A DNA stretch of 64,000 bases from an uncultured delta proteobacterium (lineage in GTDB: Bacteria; Myxococcota_A; Polyangia; Polyangiales; B10-G4), in contig CAVSGI010000006.1 of the NCBI GenBank assembly GCA_963727445.1, forward strand, positions 544,001-608,000. The letters are read 5' to 3'. A model generated the notes under the pieces. It was not told the DNA's origin. It saw only the letters and a program-made list of their open reading frames with translations, and made no database searches. Positions 33,619 through 41,931 of this stretch are shown one piece after another; the first letter of the stretch is position 1, and the number at the start of each line of letters is the position of its first letter. The position numbers and the translations under genes were made by a program.

Positions 33619-34656
33619 ATGCGTTCATGGGGTGCATGGGTGCTCGTCCTCTTCGTGGGTTGTGGGGGCGGGCGGGAGCGGGGATCCGTCGACGGGGCGA
33701 CCACGCCGCCGGGATCGGACGGCGGGACGGAGCGTCCGGACACGTCGGCGCCGGTCGACGGGAGCCTGCCGATGGCGGACGGCTCCGTGCCAGTGACCGA
33801 GGCGTGTGAGCCCACGCCGGGCAGCGAGACAATCTCCGGATACTGCCAGCAGGTGATGATCTCGGTGCTCCGGCGCGACGGTCTGCCCACCGCGCTCGAA
33901 GCGCGCGGCATCACCACCAGCGTCGGAGACGGATGCCGCGTGGTGGACAGCGTGGAGCTGCTCGACGCTGACGGAACGGTGCAGGTGCTCGCCGGCGTCA
34001 CCCCCGAAGCGCGTCCGGGCATGGAGACCTTCGTCGCGCGCGCCGACGAGACCGCGCCCGCGCTCGAAGCGCTCTGCGATGGGGACGAAGGCCGCTACGA
34101 CCCGTACGAGGTCGTCGTTCACGGACACATGGACGGCGGGAGCTTCGTCGCGCGCTGCGGCGCCGAGCTCGACGGTGGGTTTGGGTGGCCGCCGGATTCG
34201 GTCGTCACCTGTCACCGCAATCTTCCGACCGGGCCGACGTTCATGGGCGGCGCCGAGGTGCAGGTCAATTCCGCGTTTACTGCGACGCAGCTGTGGTTCA
34301 GCTATCCGAACGTGGGTGGCATCGCCATCGATTCGGTCGCCTCGGATCTTCGGGTGGTGCCCACCGCGGACCCCTTCGGGGGCGGCTTCGCCGACCCCAT
34401 CGCCTCCACCGGCTGGGACACATCCGTCAGCTTCGAAACCAGCGAGCACCGCTTCATCAGCGTGCAGATGAGCCTCCTCGAAGATCCTTTCGGCACCGAT
34501 CTCTGCCCGACGCCAGACACGAGCGGAGATCCGTCCACCGAGTTTCCGCCCGTGCTACGCGTGGCGCTCACCGGCAGCGGCGCCATGGGTGCCTTCGAGA
34601 GCGAGGCCTACGTCGACACGTGCTACCGCATCAGTCTGATGGGCGGGGCGCCCTGA
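33619..34656 (+). CDS. Hypothetical lipoprotein
   Basis: Lipobox FVGC, Asp/Gly/Ser linker, then a globular region with several Cys. Confidence 0.7.
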   Translation: MRSWGAWVLVLFVGCGGGRERGSVDGATTPPGSDGGTERPDTSAPVDGSLPMADGSVPVTEACEPTPGSETISGYCQQVMISVLRRDGLPTALEARGITTSVGDGCRVVDSVELLDADGTVQVLAGVTPEARPGMETFVARADETAPALEALCDGDEGRYDPYEVVVHGHMDGGSFVARCGAELDGGFGWPPDSVVTCHRNLPTGPTFMGGAEVQVNSAFTATQLWFSYPNVGGIAIDSVASDLRVVPTADPFGGGFADPIASTGWDTSVSFETSEHRFISVQMSLLEDPFGTDLCPTPDTSGDPSTEFPPVLRVALTGSGAMGAFESEAYVDTCYRISLMGGAP

Positions 34657-34683
34657 CGCTCTCGACGGCGTGCCGAGCGCTGT

Positions 34684-35169
34684 TCAAAATCCGGAGGGCG
34701 GCGCGCCGTAGGCAGCCGCGGGGGCGCCGTAGAGAGGCGCCACCGTATCGGGCGGCGGCAACGGCCGTCGGCGCCGTCTCCGGCGCATGGTGGCCGGCGG
34801 CGGGTCCTCCACTTCGGGCGCCGGATCGACGACGACCTCGCGTGGCGGATCGACCGCGGGCGGCGGTGAGGGAGGGGGCGCGGGCTGTGGCGCTTCCGCG
34901 ATCGGGCTGAGCACCGCGGGCGGGACACCATCGGGGGACGGCGCGGGCGCGGGGGCCGGGGTGGCGTCTTCACTCCCACACGCCGCAGCGGCCACCGCCG
35001 CTCCCCACGCGAGCATCGCAGCGCGTCCCATCCGCCTCTGCGGAAGGCGCGGGGCGGGCGCTGCGCGGAACGACTCGGTGGTCTGCGCTCCGCAGAAAGG
35101 ACACGCCCGCTCGGTGGCGCGAATGTGTCGCGCGCATCGTGCGCAGGGCATCAAGTGCGTATTCGACAT
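34684..35169 (-). CDS. Small protein: Zn-ribbon, lipobox-like segment, Pro-rich linker, two YGAP motifs
   Basis: CARC..CPFC, AAMLAWGAAVAAAAC, C-terminus VAPLYGAPAAAYGAPPSGF. Confidence 0.75.
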   Translation of the reverse strand: MSNTHLMPCARCARHIRATERACPFCGAQTTESFRAAPAPRLPQRRMGRAAMLAWGAAVAAAACGSEDATPAPAPAPSPDGVPPAVLSPIAEAPQPAPPPSPPPAVDPPREVVVDPAPEVEDPPPATMRRRRRRRPLPPPDTVAPLYGAPAAAYGAPPSGF

Positions 35170-35219
35170 GTGGATCTTCGACGTGCGGAAACGCCGAAAA
35201 GTCTACGCGAAGCGGCGCC

Positions 35220-37589
35220 TCAAGTGCAGACCCCTCCGTCGCAGAAGCTGCCGCCGCAGCACTCGCGTCCGGATTGACAGGATTCGCCCCGCGCGCGGCA
35301 GAGGCACTGTCCGCCCAGGCAGAGCATCTCGCCGCAACACTCGCTGTCGTCCGCGCAGTTGTCGGTGTCGCTCTTGCAGCACGTGTTCTCGCCGCCGCCT
35401 GCGGCCAGGCTGCAGACGAGCGTGCCGCAGCACGCGCCAGCCACCGTGGGGTCGCAGCCGATGCCCACCGTGGCGGCGCCGCCGCAATCGACGCAGTCGT
35501 TGTTGACGCAGCTCAGGCCGTCGCAGCAGTCGGCTTCGCTCTCGCACATCGCGTAGGCTTCGCCGCAGGCGCCGGGGCACTCGGACTCGGCGTGGGCGAT
35601 CGCGGGATCGGTCGACATCATCGCGTCGCCGCAGGTCCCGGTGTCCGTGTTCCACTCGCACATCTCGGAGCCGTTGCGCGTGCACTCGCGGCAGCTCACG
35701 GCCTCGCCGCAGCCCGCCTCCGTGTTGTCGCAGGCGATGCCGAACCAGTCCCAGTCCTCGCCGCAGGTGCTGCCGAGGCCGTCCGCGTCGGTGGGCCCCC
35801 AGAAGCCGCCGGGCATGCACTGATCCGAACCGTCGCACCACCCGCAGCCCTCGTGGTCCAGGCACTCGCCGCAGTTGGTGATGCGCGAGCACTCGTCCGG
35901 CCGGCAGGAGAGCTCGGTCCCACGATACGAGCCGCAGCTGACGTTGTCTGCGTCTTCTTCGCCGCCGAGCACACAGCTCCCGGCGGTCGAAGCGGGCTCG
36001 ACCGTGCCCCCCGAGGGGCTGGGACACCATCCGCATCCCTCGAGCGCCGCGCAGCTCCCGCAGTCGGTGCCCATCCGGCAGTCGCTGCATTGATTCGGTG
36101 CGTTGCGGACGTCACCGCAGGACCGCGTTCGGAGCGCCGGCGAGAAGCACGCGCTCGCGTAACCTCCACACCAGTCGCAGCCCTCCGCCGCGACACAATC
36201 GCCGCACTCGGTGTGGACCGCGCAGGGGTCCTCGGTCGTGGGGCAGGTGTCGGCGTCCATGGTGGTGGCGCACGCGCTCGACGCCGCCTGGCATCCCGTT
36301 CCTTCGCACCAGCCGCAGCCCGACAGCGCCGCGCAAGTCGCACAGTCGCTCACGGCATCACAGCGCTCCGCGGCGCTGAGGGTGCCGCTCGTGCCATCAC
36401 TGCCCATGTCGCCGGTCCCCGCGTCGGCGTCCGCGTCACTCGTCGCGTCCATACCCTCGCACGCGTTGCCGGGTAGGGTGGTGTCGAGGTCGTCGAGGGC
36501 GCCGCCGTCGTACGCGTAGCGAGTGAGGAACGCGTACTCCATCGTGCCGTAGCCGCCGTCCCCCCAGGTCTTGCCCCACGAGTTGAGGAACTGAAAGCGC
36601 TGCGTGGCGTCGTCGTAGCCGGTGAGGAGGACGGAGTGGTAACCATCCAGGCACATCCCATCCATGCAGCTCGTTTCGTGGCAGCTGCAGGGCTCCTCCG
36701 TGGGGGGAGCGCCTACGTTCGGGTGATCGTATTCCCAGTCCTGTCGCGTGCTCCCGGCGTCGTAGTTCGCGATGAAGACAGGCACCGAGATCAAGATTTC
36801 GCGTCCGGAAGCCAACTCGCCCTTCACCGCATCCAGATCGTGGAGGTCGACGGTGTGGTAGCCGGTCGGGCGATAGGCGGCCATGGCCAACACGTCATCG
36901 GAGGGGCGGTCGTTGTTCATCCCGCGTCCGTTGGGGACGTAGGGCCAGGTGGCGTTGTCGACGATCGGAGCGCTCACCAGCGTCTGAAGCGCGGTCATCG
37001 TGTTCCAACCATAGGCGCAGCTTCCGAAGGCATCGCCGCCACGGGAGTTCGAGCGCAAATGCGGCTCCGAGAGCTCGACGCCGTCGCAGCCCTTGCTGCA
37101 GATGAGCCCTTCGAGCATCGCGGTCGACGCGTGCACGACGCACCACGCGCACGCCCGCTGGCTGCTGACGGTGACGCAACCATCGAGATACTCCGCGCGA
37201 TGGTCCACGCGCGCCGGCAGGTCCTCGGGGACGTCACGAAGCGCTGCGCTCGATCCGCCCACGTCGTCGCCGCCGCCCACGAGCTCGTCTTCCGGTCCGA
37301 GGCGGCCCAGCGTCCCGTTCTGCGGCGTCGACATCACGCAGACCTGCCGGTCGTCTCCCCAGGGGAAGAAGGGGATGCACTCGCCTTCGATCCGGTGCTC
37401 GAGCTCCGAGCCGGGCGCGACCACGAGGTCGGGGGGCAGGCGCTGATCGCCGGGGTTGACTCGGTGAGCGCTCGCAGAGGCCGTGGCGCCGTCGGGCGCC
37501 GTCAGGTCTTCGCCGTCCGGAACGCAGCCGGTGGGGACGAGGAAAGAGAGGAGGAGCAGAGAGAGGAGGGGTGCTCGAAAAACCGCCAT
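35220..37589 (-). CDS. Lipoprotein: papain-like C1A cysteine protease with PSI-like and knottin-like Cys repeats (paralog B)
   Basis: Lipobox PTGC; QRACAWC, GYHSVLLTGYDD, FLNSWG; colinear with 19065..21404. Confidence 0.85.
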   Translation of the reverse strand: MAVFRAPLLSLLLLSFLVPTGCVPDGEDLTAPDGATASASAHRVNPGDQRLPPDLVVAPGSELEHRIEGECIPFFPWGDDRQVCVMSTPQNGTLGRLGPEDELVGGGDDVGGSSAALRDVPEDLPARVDHRAEYLDGCVTVSSQRACAWCVVHASTAMLEGLICSKGCDGVELSEPHLRSNSRGGDAFGSCAYGWNTMTALQTLVSAPIVDNATWPYVPNGRGMNNDRPSDDVLAMAAYRPTGYHTVDLHDLDAVKGELASGREILISVPVFIANYDAGSTRQDWEYDHPNVGAPPTEEPCSCHETSCMDGMCLDGYHSVLLTGYDDATQRFQFLNSWGKTWGDGGYGTMEYAFLTRYAYDGGALDDLDTTLPGNACEGMDATSDADADAGTGDMGSDGTSGTLSAAERCDAVSDCATCAALSGCGWCEGTGCQAASSACATTMDADTCPTTEDPCAVHTECGDCVAAEGCDWCGGYASACFSPALRTRSCGDVRNAPNQCSDCRMGTDCGSCAALEGCGWCPSPSGGTVEPASTAGSCVLGGEEDADNVSCGSYRGTELSCRPDECSRITNCGECLDHEGCGWCDGSDQCMPGGFWGPTDADGLGSTCGEDWDWFGIACDNTEAGCGEAVSCRECTRNGSEMCEWNTDTGTCGDAMMSTDPAIAHAESECPGACGEAYAMCESEADCCDGLSCVNNDCVDCGGAATVGIGCDPTVAGACCGTLVCSLAAGGGENTCCKSDTDNCADDSECCGEMLCLGGQCLCRARGESCQSGRECCGGSFCDGGVCT

Positions 37590-37737
37590 TGCCGCACATC
37601 AGCGCAAGGCTCGTTCCACCTGTTTCACTCGTGATTTCATCGGCCGCAAAGGCGCGCTTTCGACAGATGAGCAGCTCTTGCGCGCAACGATGTGTGGAAG
37701 GCGCGTGGTAGCCTCCCGCGGTCACCGAGGAGAAACC

Positions 37738-38598
37738 ATGCGTCTGCCGCTCATCGTCATCATCACGTCGTTGTTCACGGTCGCATGTGGAGGCAGCCAG
37801 TCGGCGGGCTCCCAGAGCGAGGGATCCTCGACCGCGGGCGCTACCTCCGGGTCGGAGGGCGGGGGCGACACGGGGGACGAAAACGAGTTCCAGATCAGCG
37901 ACTCGGATACCGCTGGGCAGGCGCACGGCGATCATCCCTCGGAGATCGAGGCCACCGAGACCGAAGCCGCGATGCGGCTCTTCGTCGTCAACCCGGACAC
38001 GGGGCCCATCGAGGGCATCGTGATCAAGATGACCGCACCCGACGGCACGGCCTACTTCACCGGGGAGACCGATTCCGTGGGCTACGCAGAGGTGCTCGTG
38101 CCCGCGGGGCAACGCTACGACATCGAGTACCTGAGCCTCGGGCGGCGCAACACCACCGCGAGCGTCGACGTGCCCGAGGGGCCGCGCCAGGACATCCGTC
38201 TGACGATGCGCTACCGCCGCATCCGCCCGGAGCGGCCGCAGCCGCAGCAGCCCGAGGCAGAGGAGCACTTCGTCCTCGACGGTGTGCTCTTCGACAGCAA
38301 TCGGGCGACCCTGCAGGAGGAGTCCTTTCCCCGTCTCGACCGAGTCGTCGAGTACATGACACACCGGCCGGCCAGCCGGATTCGTATCGCGGGTCATACC
38401 GACAACGTCGGCAACGCGCGCCGCAACCAGCGCCTCTCCGAGCAGCGCGCCGAGGCCGTGCGCGCCTACCTCGTCGCACATGGGATCGACGAGAGCCGCA
38501 TCGAAGCGGTCGGTTTCGGCGACCAACAACCCGTCGCGTCGAACGATACGGAAGAAGGCCGCGCGCAAAATCGACGGATCGAAGCCATCGAGCTGTAG
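37738..38598 (+). CDS. OmpA-family lipoprotein with a beta-sandwich middle domain
   Basis: RBS GAGGAG, lipobox TVAC, IAGHTD, LSEQRA, NRRIE. Confidence 0.9.
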   Translation: MRLPLIVIITSLFTVACGGSQSAGSQSEGSSTAGATSGSEGGGDTGDENEFQISDSDTAGQAHGDHPSEIEATETEAAMRLFVVNPDTGPIEGIVIKMTAPDGTAYFTGETDSVGYAEVLVPAGQRYDIEYLSLGRRNTTASVDVPEGPRQDIRLTMRYRRIRPERPQPQQPEAEEHFVLDGVLFDSNRATLQEESFPRLDRVVEYMTHRPASRIRIAGHTDNVGNARRNQRLSEQRAEAVRAYLVAHGIDESRIEAVGFGDQQPVASNDTEEGRAQNRRIEAIEL

Positions 38599-38710
38599 AC
38601 CACTGGCGCACCTACCGAGCGCGCCTAGAGGGTACGGAGCACCTGGTCTCCCTTCAGGAATAGTGTCCCTGGTTGGGAGGTTGGGGGTTGGTGAAGCGGG
38701 AGGTCTTGGC

Positions 38711-39373
38711 ATGAAGAAGCCGCTCGAACAGGGCATCCTCAAGTACCTCGCGGGCGTTGCGCTGGCGTTCACAGCAGGCAGTGTCGATCCCGCGCCAGAG
38801 CTGCTGAGAGTGCCGGCGTCGCTGGTGGGCGACATCGTCGAGGAAGTCGAGGAGGCCGACTGGCAGCCAGAGGCACGCCAGCGGATGCTGCAGTTGCTCA
38901 CCCACGATCCGCGACCGATGGTGCGCGTTCGGGTGAGTGAAGCGGTTTCTGCGATCTGGACGGAAGCGCCCAACGACGCCTCCGAGATGCTGCGCAACCT
39001 CGCCAACGACGAGTCGGGCCTGGTGCGCGCGGCGGCCGCCGCCACCCTCGCCGACATCCTGGCCCGGGCATCGCTGCTCGATCGTGTGGCGCTCGTCGCC
39101 GAGTGGACGATCTCGGAAGAGGCGACCGAGCGGCGCACCCTGGCGCGCGCCCTCTGCGCGCCCACCCCCGTGCTCATCGGCGATCTCGCGATCGATCAGC
39201 TCGCGCGAGACAGCGAGCCCACCGTGCGCCGCTGGGCGATGCTCGCCGCCACCCGCCATTTTCGGGACAACCCCGCCCTCTACGCCACGGTCGCCCGCGG
39301 CCGTCTCGCCGACCCGGATCTCGAGGTCCGGTCCGCGGCGCAGCGCCTCCTCGCTGCGGTACGAGAGGCGTGA
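38711..39373 (+). CDS. HEAT-repeat protein
   Basis: Repeats DPRPMVR, DESGLVR, DSEPTVR, DPDLEVR. Confidence 0.75.
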   Translation: MKKPLEQGILKYLAGVALAFTAGSVDPAPELLRVPASLVGDIVEEVEEADWQPEARQRMLQLLTHDPRPMVRVRVSEAVSAIWTEAPNDASEMLRNLANDESGLVRAAAAATLADILARASLLDRVALVAEWTISEEATERRTLARALCAPTPVLIGDLAIDQLARDSEPTVRRWAMLAATRHFRDNPALYATVARGRLADPDLEVRSAAQRLLAAVREA

Positions 39374-39423
39374 TCGCGTTGGGAGCCACGTCGCTCCCCA
39401 GGCTCGGCGAGGGCGCGCGGGCT

Positions 39424-39440
39424 CGTTAATCTCCCGTTAG
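39424..39440 (+). promoter_or_regulatory. 11-bp-period direct repeat, possible OmpR/PhoB-family box
   Basis: CGTTA at 39424 and 39435, upstream of the RND operon. Confidence 0.35.
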
Positions 39441-39520
39441 GCCGGCGGTGGCATGGTCTGTCTCGCATGCGGAGCGCCGGACACGCGGGCTGGTGCTGTG
39501 GGCCCAGCCGCTCGAAATCG

Positions 39521-40882
39521 ATGGGAGCCATCTTGATGGCGACTCAGCTACTGGCGTGCGTGTCGGGGAGAGGTCCGCTTCCCACCGGCGGCGCCCTGAC
39601 CCGCGAGCTGAGGCGGGCCCCCACCCACTCCCATGTCGAGGCGGCCACCGCGCCCGCCGCCGCTCGCCTGCCCTCGGTGGTGATCGACCCACGCGATGGG
39701 CTCGCGCCGGACGAAGCGGCGCTGATCGCCGTCGCGGTGAACCCCGCCCTCGCCGCCATCCGGGATCAGCACGCCATCGGCCGGGCGACGGTCGTCACCG
39801 CCGGCATCCTGCCGAATCCCCAGGTCGTCGGGAGCGTCTCCGTCCCGACCGACGGCCCGACGGCGAACACGGTCGTCGGATACGGCGTCAACCTGAGCTG
39901 GAATCTCACGCCAATCCTCTCGCGAGGAGCCGCGGTCGAGGCGGCACAGCTCGGGCTCGAATCGATCGATCTGAACATCGCCTGGCAGGAGTGGCAGGTC
40001 GCCCAGTCGGCTCGACTCGCGGCGGGTCGCCTCGTCTTCCTCGACCGGCGCGCGGCGATCGCCGAGCGGAGCGTCACGGCGTTTCAGGCGCGCGTGGCTA
40101 CGGTCCAGCAGGCCCTCGATGAAGGCAACGCCACGATCCTCACCGTCTCCGCGGCGCAATCGGCTTTGCAATCGGCCACCCTGAGCCACCTGCGCATCGT
40201 TCAGGCGCGACGCATCGCGCGGCTCGACCTCCTGAACGCGCTCGGCGTTCCACCCACGACAGAGCTCGATGTGGACTCGAACGCGACCTTGCCGAGCTGG
40301 GAGCACGTGGATTCGCTCGAGTCCATCATGGAGTCGCTCCCCGATCAGCGACTCGACCTCCGTGCGCTACGCCGCGGGTACGAGAGCCAGAGCGTGCAGA
40401 TCCGAACGCAGGTGCTGCGCGCATTCCCGCAGTTGGTGGTGCAGGTCGGTCGTGCGTCGGATACCTCCGCCCTGGGCACGGTGGGGGTGTCCGTCAGCCT
40501 CGGGCTTCCCTTCTTCAACCGGAATCAGGGCGCGGTTCAGACCGCCGAGGCGACGCAGGCGCAGCTCTACGATCAGTATCTCTCTCGCGTGCAGAGCGCG
40601 CGCAACGCGGTCGCCCAGGCGCTCGCCAACATGCGCTCGGTCCGCGAGCAGATCGCGGTGGCTCAGGAAGCGGTGAGGATCCTCGGGAATCTGGTTCCGC
40701 TGGCCGAGCAACAAGCAGGGCAGGGCAACGTCAGCCTGATCGACCTCTACGACCTGCGGGTCCGCTACCTCACCACGCAGCTCACCTTGCAGGTGCTGCT
40801 TCAATCCCAGTTCGAGCTCGGAGTCGCCCTCGATGTCGCGGCCGGGCGAATCCTCGCCGACACCCAGAGGGGGAGCGGATGA
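39521..40882 (+). CDS. TolC-family outer membrane efflux protein
   Basis: AVAVNPAL, LPNPQ, LGLPFFNRNQG; first gene of a tripartite operon; start uncertain. Confidence 0.88.
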   Translation: MGAILMATQLLACVSGRGPLPTGGALTRELRRAPTHSHVEAATAPAAARLPSVVIDPRDGLAPDEAALIAVAVNPALAAIRDQHAIGRATVVTAGILPNPQVVGSVSVPTDGPTANTVVGYGVNLSWNLTPILSRGAAVEAAQLGLESIDLNIAWQEWQVAQSARLAAGRLVFLDRRAAIAERSVTAFQARVATVQQALDEGNATILTVSAAQSALQSATLSHLRIVQARRIARLDLLNALGVPPTTELDVDSNATLPSWEHVDSLESIMESLPDQRLDLRALRRGYESQSVQIRTQVLRAFPQLVVQVGRASDTSALGTVGVSVSLGLPFFNRNQGAVQTAEATQAQLYDQYLSRVQSARNAVAQALANMRSVREQIAVAQEAVRILGNLVPLAEQQAGQGNVSLIDLYDLRVRYLTTQLTLQVLLQSQFELGVALDVAAGRILADTQRGSG

Positions 40883-41931
40883 AGACCGAGATCGTGACTC
40901 TGGCGTTTGGCGTCGTCCTCCTCTGCGCGTGCTCCTCGTCCCCTCCCGATCAGAGCGCCGGCGGCGGTACGCCGACCGCGACGGTGCAGGTCATGACGCT
41001 GGCCCTCGATACGCTCACTGAAGAGATCACCGTCTACGGCCGGATCACCTCGGGGCCCGCGGGCCGCCAGACGCTCTCGGTGCCGTACGAGTCCCGCGTC
41101 GCGCAGATCCTGGTCAGGCCCGGGCAGGAGATCGCCGCGGGTACCCCGGTGATGGAGGTGGATCCGAGCCCAGACACCCAGCTGACGGTGCAGCAGGCGA
41201 GGGCGACCGTGGAGTCGACGCACGAGACACTCGATGCGGTCCGCCAGCAGTTCCACCTTCAACTCGCCACCAATCAGCAGTTCGAGGCGGCCGAGCAAGC
41301 GGCGCGCACCGCCGAGCTGCAGCTCGCGAGCTTGTCGCGCCGCGGGTCGACGCGAACGCGGCAGCTCGTCGCGTCTGGGCCGGCGGTGGTGGCCAGCGTC
41401 CGGGTGAGCGAGGGGTCGATCGCCGCTCCGGGCTCGCCGCTCATCGAGCTCGACCTGCGCCAACATCGCGAGGCGGTGTTCGGGATGGAGGTGGAGGACG
41501 TCCATCGCGTATCGCCCGGCATCGAGGTCACCGTCGCGGACCTCGCGCTGCCGCCGCTGGTCACGACCGAGGGCGAGGTCCGTGCCACCGCGGACGTGGT
41601 CAATCCGGAGACGCACCTGGTCGACCTCTTCGCGACCCTGCCGGCCGCGGTGCCGCTGATCCTGGGTCAGCCGGTCACCGGCACCCTCGAGATCACCAGC
41701 GCCCCCGCGCTCATCGTCCCCCGGTCCGCGCTCCTTCCCGTCGAGGATCACCTCGTCGTCTTCACCGTCGTGGACAATCACGCGGTCGCGCACACGGTGC
41801 AGACGGGTGTCGAGACGGACGCGGAGGTCGAGCTCGTCTCGAGTGACCTGAACGAGGGAGACGATGTCGTCATCTCTGGGGTCTCGGTGCTCGAGGACGG
41901 CATGGCGGTGCGGGTGGAGCAGAGCTCGTGA
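40879..41931 (+). CDS. RND efflux membrane fusion protein
   Basis: Lipobox LCAC, lipoyl-like halves around a coiled coil, LIVPRSALL, LNEGDDVVISG; ATGA overlap. Confidence 0.9.
   Translation: MKTEIVTLAFGVVLLCACSSSPPDQSAGGGTPTATVQVMTLALDTLTEEITVYGRITSGPAGRQTLSVPYESRVAQILVRPGQEIAAGTPVMEVDPSPDTQLTVQQARATVESTHETLDAVRQQFHLQLATNQQFEAAEQAARTAELQLASLSRRGSTRTRQLVASGPAVVASVRVSEGSIAAPGSPLIELDLRQHREAVFGMEVEDVHRVSPGIEVTVADLALPPLVTTEGEVRATADVVNPETHLVDLFATLPAAVPLILGQPVTGTLEITSAPALIVPRSALLPVEDHLVVFTVVDNHAVAHTVQTGVETDAEVELVSSDLNEGDDVVISGVSVLEDGMAVRVEQSS

Noticed and set aside
19065..37589. Paralog pair as a diversity-generating retroelement or as mobile-element ends
   Set aside because: No reverse transcriptase, recombinase or transposase; differences are spread over whole genes and are not adenine-specific
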